Source: an uncultured delta proteobacterium (lineage in GTDB: Bacteria > Desulfobacterota > Desulfobacteria > Desulfobacterales > JAHEIW01). Taken from it: a stretch of DNA of 64,000 nucleotides. The number at the start of each line of letters is the position of its first letter. The first letter of the stretch is position 1. A program made the position numbers and the translations under genes. This document shows positions 57,159 to 64,000 of the stretch, one piece after another. Under the pieces are notes generated by a model, which ran no database searches, was not told the origin of the DNA, and saw nothing but the letters and a program-made list of their open reading frames with translations. The DNA lies in assembly GCA_963706575.1 (NCBI GenBank), contig CAVPNL010000001.1, positions 192,001 to 256,000 on the forward strand. The letters are read 5' to 3'.

Positions 57159-57821
57159 CTAAGGTCTCTCCTTATTGCCAAATTTTTCCCAGTAAACCAG
57201 ATCTTCCAATGGCAGCTTGGGCCTGGGATGTTTGCGTTCTTCGGCCGGAAAACCGACGGCGACATAGCAAATGACTTTGTACTCGTTCATACCCGTCGGA
57301 ATGCCCAGGATTTCTTTGAATTTAATGGCGTCGCGGGAAGTTGCCACCGGCCCGTGCACCCAGCAAGCGCCTAAGCCCAGAGAATGGGCTTCCAGAAGTA
57401 TGTTTTCGGTGGCGGCAGACAAATCATATGGGACATCCACGGACCCGATCTGCAAGTCACCGATAACGGCGATGACCACCGGTGCGTGTTTGGCAAACTC
57501 GGAGACTTCCCCGGAGTACATGAACTCCAGGACCCTGGCGCGTTTAGCGGGGTCCTGAATTTTCTCAAACCGCTTCTGCATTTCACCCATGCAGTACCAG
57601 GCTGTCATACGGGAGCCGCTACCGATCTTGGCCAGATCTCCGATCTTATTTTTTGTCTCCTGATCCCTGATGACAATAAATCGCCAGGGCTGATAGTTTT
57701 CGCCGGTGGGTGCCCACCTCGCCGCCTCAAGTATTTTATCGATCATCTCATCGGGTACCGGATCGGGCTCGTATCGGCGGATGCTTTTTCTGCTGATTAA
57801 GACGTCTAAGATGTCTTGCAT
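57159..57821 (-). CDS. Nitroreductase family protein
   Basis: RKSIRRY, APTGENYQPWRF, LGLGACW. Confidence 0.92.
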   Translation of the reverse strand: MQDILDVLISRKSIRRYEPDPVPDEMIDKILEAARWAPTGENYQPWRFIVIRDQETKNKIGDLAKIGSGSRMTAWYCMGEMQKRFEKIQDPAKRARVLEFMYSGEVSEFAKHAPVVIAVIGDLQIGSVDVPYDLSAATENILLEAHSLGLGACWVHGPVATSRDAIKFKEILGIPTGMNEYKVICYVAVGFPAEERKHPRPKLPLEDLVYWEKFGNKERP

Positions 57822-57959
57822 GGTTAATCTCCTGTGTGATGCCGAGTAATTTAAATAATTGAATCTATTCCTGCTTATCGGCTTACCCTTGATTTGTAAA
57901 AGGCATATCGCGCGGGGCAGAGGGCATAGAGTAAATAAAACTGGAACGCTTAATTAGGA

Positions 57960-58889
57960 TTAAAGCTTTAGCAATTTGCGTGCGGCTTCCCCCAAAATTA
58001 AATTGATCTCCCGGTCGCTGAATTCCAAATCCGTTTCGCGTTTCTTGAATGCCTGGACCCATTCTTTCAGAGGGCACATCAGATTGGGATAGGGAGCATC
58101 AGTAGCAAACAGGATTTTTTCGGGGCCGGCAATGTCAATGATATCCCGCAGCCATTGATAAAAGCGCTTTTTCGGCAGTTTTTTATAGGGTTTCTGCCAT
58201 AGTGACAGATCAACATAGACATTTTTAAGCCATGCTGCTGCCTGGATGGCTTCCTGCCACCAGCCCACATCGCCACAGTGGGCAAAAATAAAATCGACTT
58301 CCGGATAGCGGGCGGCAGCCGATGCAAAATAAACCGGACGTGAATTCTCCCAACGCAGGGCAACCGAAGGGGCCCCGCCGGTGTGCACCATTACCGGAAT
58401 ATTCCATTCGGCTGCTTTCTCATAGATCCAATAGCAGGCTGGATCATCCGCCATATAGCCAACGCCGGCATGGAGTTTGAAACCTTTCATGCCCCATTCA
58501 TGATACGCCTGCTCACAATGTTGCACAGCTCCCTTGCGTCGCGGATCAATAGCCATAAAAGGGATTAAGCGGTCTTTATGCCGCTTGGCGGCATCCGCAT
58601 AGAGCTTGTTCTGATCAAATATATGGATGGGAGGCTCGCCGAAAAGGAGTCCGTAATCCACACCGAAGATAATTGTTTTATCCACACCGGCGGCGTCCAT
58701 TTCCTCGATAATGTTGTCGGCCTGCGGATCTATGAGAGGTCTGACGACGTCTTGGGTAAAATCGCGATCGCTGATTTCAACATTGTGGGTTTTACGGTAC
58801 ATCATTGCGAAACTTTTCTGGGCCCCTCGAATGTAATCGCCCTGAACCGTCCCGGCGGCTACTAGATGTCGGTGTACATCGATAATCAT
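57960..58889 (-). CDS. Amidohydrolase_2 family protein
   Basis: IDVHRH, GFKLH, VHTG, FAHCG, FATDAP. Confidence 0.9.
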   Translation of the reverse strand: MIIDVHRHLVAAGTVQGDYIRGAQKSFAMMYRKTHNVEISDRDFTQDVVRPLIDPQADNIIEEMDAAGVDKTIIFGVDYGLLFGEPPIHIFDQNKLYADAAKRHKDRLIPFMAIDPRRKGAVQHCEQAYHEWGMKGFKLHAGVGYMADDPACYWIYEKAAEWNIPVMVHTGGAPSVALRWENSRPVYFASAAARYPEVDFIFAHCGDVGWWQEAIQAAAWLKNVYVDLSLWQKPYKKLPKKRFYQWLRDIIDIAGPEKILFATDAPYPNLMCPLKEWVQAFKKRETDLEFSDREINLILGEAARKLLKL

Positions 58890-59038
58890 ACGCTTTTCTC
58901 CTTACTGTTAGTGCCTTTACCGCCCTTTATCCAAGGGGGTAGTATAGCTGTTATTCGCTAAATTTTTTCTTAACGTTCTCCGCGAGCTCTGCGGTGAATT
59001 AAATCTTTTCACTTCAAAGCCCAGACGATTGCCTCCTC

Positions 59039-59437
59039 TCAGGTATTCAATTTTTCCTTGATGTAGGTCGCAATTTCGGCCGGCGGGGTTCCCGGTAAAA
59101 ACACTTCCTGCACGCCCATTTTTTTAAGCTGCGGGATTTGATGTTTTAATATAATGCCACCGGCAATTACCATTATGTTTTCCAAACCCTTTTCGCTGAG
59201 TGTCTGCAGAACCTTTGGAACCAGAACCATGTGGTCACCGGCCAGAAAACTCAGTCCCACAACATCAACGTCTTCCTGCACCGCGGCCGTGGCAATGTGT
59301 TCAGCAGTTTGACGAAGACCGGTGTAAACGACCTCCATACCGGCATCCATCAAGGACCGCGCTACAATTTTAGCCCCGCGATCATGGCCGTCAAGACCGA
59401 TCTTGGCTATCAAGACTCTTATTTTGGAGTTTTCCAT
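59039..59437 (-). CDS. Acyl-CoA mutase cobalamin-binding subunit
   Basis: KIGLDGHDRG (DxHxxG), VGLS, AGG, FLPGT; AGGAG before ATG 59437. Confidence 0.95.
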   Translation of the reverse strand: MENSKIRVLIAKIGLDGHDRGAKIVARSLMDAGMEVVYTGLRQTAEHIATAAVQEDVDVVGLSFLAGDHMVLVPKVLQTLSEKGLENIMVIAGGIILKHQIPQLKKMGVQEVFLPGTPPAEIATYIKEKLNT

Positions 59438-59536
59438 ATTCTTCTCCTGATGGATGATACCTTTTCGATAAAAACTATTGTTTTGAAGCATGCTTGATAG
59501 ATGGTTTTTCCCATTACGCCACCTTTTCAAGCGCCA

Positions 59537-61207
59537 TCATATGTATGTCGATGCCTGAAATTCACCCCATTTTTCGCGCATGACGCTGCAGATCTCACCG
59601 ATGGTGGCATAGCTTTTAACGGCTTCGATGATATGGGGCATGAGGTTTTCGTTTTTATCAATGGCCAGTGCAAGGCCGGTCAGTTGTTTTTGCACATCGT
59701 CGGCATTTCTGCCGGCTCTAATCGCGGCGACCTTTTGCTTCTGGCTGCCTTCAACACGATCATCAAGTTCGAAAATTTCCTGACCTTCCAAATCGTTTTC
59801 AGATGGCATACCATATTTGTTCAATCCGACGATGACACGCTCGCTGCTATCTACACGTTTTTGAAATTGTACACTTGATTCCTGAATTTCTTTAAAAACA
59901 TATCCATTTTCAATGGCTCCGAGCATGCCGCCCATGGCATCGATTTTTTCCAAGTATGCTGCTGCCTGCTGTTCGATTTCATTGGTGAGGGATTCTACAA
60001 AATAGGAACCGGCCAGCGGGTCGATGGTGTTGCCGAGGCCGCATTCGTGCGCCAGGATCTGTTGGGTCCTGAGCGCAATCCGGGCGGAATCCTCGGAAGG
60101 AATTGCGTAACCCTCGTCCCAGCAGGCCGTATGAATGGCCTGATTGCCGCCCAAGATGCCCATTAAAGCATGCATTGCCACCCTGACAATATTGTTGATA
60201 GGCTGCTGCGGAACCAAGGTTGAGCCGCAGGATCCGGTGAAGATCCGGAACAGCTGACTTTTGGGATTTTCGGTCTGGAAGCGTTCGCGCATGATTTTTG
60301 CGTATAATCTGCGGGCGGCTCGATATTTGGCGATTTCCTCGAAAAAATCCATGTAGCATCCCAGGCTGTAGGACAAACGCGGCGCAAAATAATCCACCTC
60401 CAGACCCCGCTCCTGAGCCTTCTCAATATAGGTGATGGTGTCAGCCAACGTAAAGGCAAGTTCCTGGATGGCGTTGGCACCGGCTTCTCTGAAATGGTAG
60501 CCGGTTATGTTGAGTGTGTTCCATCTTGGAACGTGATGGGCGCAATGCTCCACGATGTCCAAAACCAGTTTGATGCTGGGCTCCGGGGGGAAGATATAAG
60601 TGCCCCGGGCGATGAACTCTTTCAAAATGTCGTTCTGGGTGGTGCCCATAAGTTTTTCGGGAGAAACGCCCTGCTTTTCACCCACGGCAATGTACATGGC
60701 CAGCAGAATCGTGGCCGGCGCATTGATGGTCATGGAGGTCGAGACCTTATCAAGGGGAATACCCTGAAAAATAATCTCCATGTCGGCTAAAGAATCCACG
60801 GCGACTCCCACGCGGCCGACAGACCCCTCTGATAGGGGATCATCCGAGTCGTAGCCTAATTGGGTCGGCAGATCGAAGGCGATGGACAAGCCTTTCATAC
60901 CTTGATCCAAAAGATAGCGGAAACGATGATTCGTGTCTTCAGCTTTACCGAAACCGGCATAATTGCGCATGGTCCAGAGGCGCCCGCGATACATGCTGGG
61001 ATAAACGCCGCGAGTGTAAGGGTACTGACCGGGATATCCCAGTGCCTCGTCGTAGTCCATGCCCTCCAGATCCTGCGGGGAGTACAACCGCTTAACCGCG
61101 ATACCGCTTTCGGTCGTGAATTCTTCCTGTCTTTCAGGAGATCGGTCCAACACTTTTTTAAGTGTTGTGTTTTCCCATTGTTCCAGACTTTCTGTATTTT
61201 GTTTCAT
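59537..61207 (-). CDS. Acyl-CoA mutase large subunit (methylmalonyl-CoA mutase family)
   Basis: PGQYPYTRG, WTMRNYAGFG, QNDILKEFIARG, GYHFREAG, DPLAGS. Confidence 0.93.
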   Translation of the reverse strand: MKQNTESLEQWENTTLKKVLDRSPERQEEFTTESGIAVKRLYSPQDLEGMDYDEALGYPGQYPYTRGVYPSMYRGRLWTMRNYAGFGKAEDTNHRFRYLLDQGMKGLSIAFDLPTQLGYDSDDPLSEGSVGRVGVAVDSLADMEIIFQGIPLDKVSTSMTINAPATILLAMYIAVGEKQGVSPEKLMGTTQNDILKEFIARGTYIFPPEPSIKLVLDIVEHCAHHVPRWNTLNITGYHFREAGANAIQELAFTLADTITYIEKAQERGLEVDYFAPRLSYSLGCYMDFFEEIAKYRAARRLYAKIMRERFQTENPKSQLFRIFTGSCGSTLVPQQPINNIVRVAMHALMGILGGNQAIHTACWDEGYAIPSEDSARIALRTQQILAHECGLGNTIDPLAGSYFVESLTNEIEQQAAAYLEKIDAMGGMLGAIENGYVFKEIQESSVQFQKRVDSSERVIVGLNKYGMPSENDLEGQEIFELDDRVEGSQKQKVAAIRAGRNADDVQKQLTGLALAIDKNENLMPHIIEAVKSYATIGEICSVMREKWGEFQASTYI

Positions 61208-61251
61208 AATTAAAACCTATGGAAAAAAACATCTAAAAATATTTACGAACC

Positions 61252-61962
61252 CTAAACTCGTGCGGACCCGGTGCTGTCATATTCTTCATCTGTCAATGCT
61301 CGAATGACAAGGTCTCTGGCCTTTTGTATATGGCTTCGCATTAATTCGCTGCTGCCGATGATATCTTTGTTTTTCATCTTACTGACAAGACGATTGTGTT
61401 CATCAACTGCAACGGCCATTCGTTGGATATCGTAATTCTCCAACCGGGCTCGCAGGTAAATGTGCTCAAAATTCCTTTTCAGCAGCCATTTGAGGACGTT
61501 GTTCTTCGTCATGGCTGCGATTTGAAGATGAAACGCAGAATCCAGTAAAAATTTTTTGCGGGTGTAGTAATGGGGTTGATAAGCAGCATGTTCGCGGAGC
61601 TTATTCTCCAGTTCTTGGATATCACCATTATCGGAAAGTTTGATTGCCTGTTCAACGGTGTAAACTTCCAATGCTTCTCTAACCCCGAATGCATCCCAAA
61701 CTTCCTGCAGGTCAATGGGTCGTACGTAAAATCCGCGGAAGCTCTCAAATGCGACAAATCCTTCTTGAACCAGACGATTCAGAGCATTGGTAATCGGAGT
61801 ACGTGACATGTTGAATTTATCGACGAGGTCCTGATTGACGAGTCGTTGACCGGGGATAAGCTTTTGATCAAAAATCATCTGCTTTATCAGGCGGTAGGCT
61901 TCCTCAATCCTTGTGATCGAATTGTTGGGGTGATCTGCTTTTTGAATCATTTTGATTGACAT
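61252..61962 (-). CDS. GntR (FCD) family regulator
   Basis: PGQRL...MSRTPITNALNRL...RGFYV; REALE; FH. Confidence 0.93.
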   Translation of the reverse strand: MSIKMIQKADHPNNSITRIEEAYRLIKQMIFDQKLIPGQRLVNQDLVDKFNMSRTPITNALNRLVQEGFVAFESFRGFYVRPIDLQEVWDAFGVREALEVYTVEQAIKLSDNGDIQELENKLREHAAYQPHYYTRKKFLLDSAFHLQIAAMTKNNVLKWLLKRNFEHIYLRARLENYDIQRMAVAVDEHNRLVSKMKNKDIIGSSELMRSHIQKARDLVIRALTDEEYDSTGSARV

Positions 61963-62145
61963 CGTTACGAACCACCTTTAAGGCGAAACTAATTAAAAAA
62001 TTAAATGCAATATTAAATCCAATAATAGGGGTCTGTCAAGAAAAAAAACCGGATCGCAAAAAATGTCTAAATTCATTATATTTGTTATTAAATTAGTATT
62101 ATATGGTTGAAATATAAAAATTGAAACTGCGAAATAATTTTTTTC

Positions 62146-62192
62146 TTGACAATCAATTTAATAGAATATAATTCAAAATTGAATTCAATTTT
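62146..62192 (+). promoter_or_regulatory. Promoter with perfect palindrome (putative GntR operator)
   Basis: TTGACA at 62146 and TATAAT at 62167 (short 15-bp spacer); AAAATTGAATTCAATTTT at 62175-62192. Confidence 0.55.
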
Positions 62193-62290
62193 ATGGCATA
62201 ACCGACCGGATCTTGAACAACTCACTTGGGTGATGGTTTTGCGGTTACGCAACTGACAATGGGAAAGTGCCTCACACAGGAGAATACGCT

Positions 62291-62686
62291 ATGATTAAGA
62301 AAATCAAGCATATTGGGGTTGCCGTCGATGACTTGCAAACAGCCAGAGATTTTTTCCAGGAAACGTTTGACCTATCCACTTCAGATCAGGAAAATTTCGG
62401 TGAACTTCTATTTTCTTTTATCCCCATGGAAGGAACGAATCTGGAACTTCTTCAATCCACTCAAACCGATGGTCAGATTGCAAAATTTATTCAAAAAAGA
62501 GGGCAGGGGATTCACCACATTGCCCTGGAGGTGGATGACGTCCAGGTTGAGTTGGACCGCCTTAAGGCCAAAGGGCTGAAGCTTATTAACGAGAAACCGT
62601 ATCGCAATGCCCATCAGGATCTGGTCGCATTTATACATCCCAAAAGCACATTCGGGGTCTTGATAGAATTAATTCAGACGGACTAA
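62291..62686 (+). CDS. Methylmalonyl-CoA epimerase family (VOC)
   Basis: HIGVAV, LELL, GIHHIALEV, FIHPKSTFGVLIEL; AGGAG RBS. Confidence 0.92.
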   Translation: MIKKIKHIGVAVDDLQTARDFFQETFDLSTSDQENFGELLFSFIPMEGTNLELLQSTQTDGQIAKFIQKRGQGIHHIALEVDDVQVELDRLKAKGLKLINEKPYRNAHQDLVAFIHPKSTFGVLIELIQTD

Positions 62687-62725
62687 GTCGAAAAATACAT
62701 TTCTAAGCAATGAAAGATTAATGAC

Positions 62726-64000
62726 ATGGCACAGAAAAAGACCTGGGAAAAAGAGCTTAAAAAGTTTCATGCCAGAGAGAAGGAAGCCCAACTGGGCGGC
62801 GGGGAAGCACGTTTGCAAAAGCTCAGGGAAAAGGGCATTTTGACCGCCCGCGAACGCATCGACTATATTCTGGATGCGGGTAGCTTTGTAGAGCTCAATA
62901 TGATGGCCGAACACCAGTGCCGCGATTTCGGAATGGACAAGAAAAAATTTGCAGGCGACGGTGTTGTCACCGGCTATGGGACAATCGCCGGCCGCAAACT
63001 CTTCATTTATTCAGAAGACGCTACTGTTTTAGGAGGATCGACCGGAAAGACCCATGGTGCCAAAATTCATTACATTCTCAAGCTGGCCCGGGAGAATATG
63101 GTGCCGGTCATTTGTCTGAACGCATCGGCCGGAGCCCGTATCCAGGAAGGCATGGACAATGTCTATGGAATTACAGGAATGTTTTACCAGAATTCACTCA
63201 ACTCCGGTGTCGTTCCCCAAATTGCTGCAATTATGGGCGCCTGCACCGGCGGTGCGGCCTATTCGGCGGCGTTGTGTGACTTCATCGTCCAGGTGGAAAA
63301 AACAGCGCATGTCTTTATTACCGGACCGGCGGTTATTAAAGAAGTTACCGGAGAGGAAGTTTCGTTTGAAGAATTGGGAGGCGCCAAGGTTCACAGCACC
63401 AAGTCCGGTGTCGTTCATCTGGCAGCCAAAGATGACAGGCACTGCCTGGACCTGATCAAAGGCCTACTGGATTATCTTCCTCAAAATAACCGGGAAAAAC
63501 CGGCCCCTAAATCCTGCACGGATCCTGTTGCTAGGGAAGTGCCGGAACTCATCGACATGGTTCCCATCCAAATGTCCAAGACGTATGATATGAAGCAGGT
63601 TATTCGTGCGATTGTGGATGAAGGTGATTTTTTTGAAATCCATGCCGTCTTCGCCATGAATATGGTGGTCGGATTTGCGCGCATGGGAGGACGCGTGGTC
63701 GGCTTGGTCGCCAACAATCCTCGTTTTATGGGCGGCTGCCTGGATATCAATTCTTCCGACAAAGCCGCCCGTTTCATTCGAACCTGCGATGCGTTTAATA
63801 TCCCGATCATCTCTCTTGTTGACGTGCCCGGATTCCTGCCGGGACTCGATCAGGAACACAACGGCATCATTCGCCACGGGGCGAAAATGCTCTATGCCTG
63901 GACCGAGGCAACGGTGCCAAAGATTTCGTGTATACTCAGAAAAATGTATGGCGGGGCGATTCCCGCCATGGGGGTTCACCAGATCGGCTTTGACCAGGTC
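62726..64000 (+). CDS. Acyl-CoA carboxylase/decarboxylase carboxyltransferase subunit (3' end outside window)
   Basis: Not in the ORF track. Translates as MAQKKTWEK...LTARERID...GDGVVTG...GARIQEG...SGVVPQI...FITGP...VDVPGFLPG. Confidence 0.92.
   Translation, partial: MAQKKTWEKELKKFHAREKEAQLGGGEARLQKLREKGILTARERIDYILDAGSFVELNMMAEHQCRDFGMDKKKFAGDGVVTGYGTIAGRKLFIYSEDATVLGGSTGKTHGAKIHYILKLARENMVPVICLNASAGARIQEGMDNVYGITGMFYQNSLNSGVVPQIAAIMGACTGGAAYSAALCDFIVQVEKTAHVFITGPAVIKEVTGEEVSFEELGGAKVHSTKSGVVHLAAKDDRHCLDLIKGLLDYLPQNNREKPAPKSCTDPVAREVPELIDMVPIQMSKTYDMKQVIRAIVDEGDFFEIHAVFAMNMVVGFARMGGRVVGLVANNPRFMGGCLDINSSDKAARFIRTCDAFNIPIISLVDVPGFLPGLDQEHNGIIRHGAKMLYAWTEATVPKISCILRKMYGGAIPAMGVHQIGFDQV

Noticed and set aside
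175..63979. Numerous short ORFs antisense to or nested within long genes (e.g. 14601-15368, 30433-31128, 38987-39637, 62917-63279)
   Set aside because: They shadow well-supported CDSs and have no recognisable motifs
1..64000. tRNA/rRNA, cobalamin or Moco/Wco riboswitches, selenocysteine recoding
   Set aside because: None recognisable by eye; an Infernal/tRNAscan search would be needed to exclude them

Overview
Gene-dense chromosomal region from a strictly anaerobic bacterium; gene content suggests Desulfobacterota (inference). It is almost entirely anaerobic catabolism of aromatic and acyl compounds. In order: an ArsR/permease pair; a Liv-type ABC transporter with an acyl-CoA ligase; an IclR-associated module (tungsten AOR/WOR, two AorA-like ferredoxins, MoaD/ThiS, orphan MetV, orphan EutA, zinc-ribbon protein, B12-type radical SAM with a Cx31CxxC motif); a phenylphosphate synthase/carboxylase-like operon (ppsA-ppsB-ppcB, receiver protein, CoA ligase, Tm-1-like protein, lpdD, ubiX) opposite a LysR; an acetylene-hydratase-like Mo/W enzyme lacking the catalytic Asp whose promoter architecture matches that of ppsA; a ligase-OYE-SDR-ACAD-flavin reductase-Tm-1 operon; an archaeal-type CTP-dependent riboflavin kinase; a ligase plus xanthine-dehydrogenase-family trimer; and a GntR-linked B12 acyl-CoA mutase with a remodelled pocket, plus epimerase and carboxyltransferase. 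Non-coding structure includes two copies of a ~148-bp MITE-like element with a covarying terminal base pair, four GTTCA-N6-TGAAC operators and many 7-9-bp-period intergenic repeats. I found no rRNA, tRNA, CRISPR array or transposase. Family calls are by motif recognition only; no database search was run.
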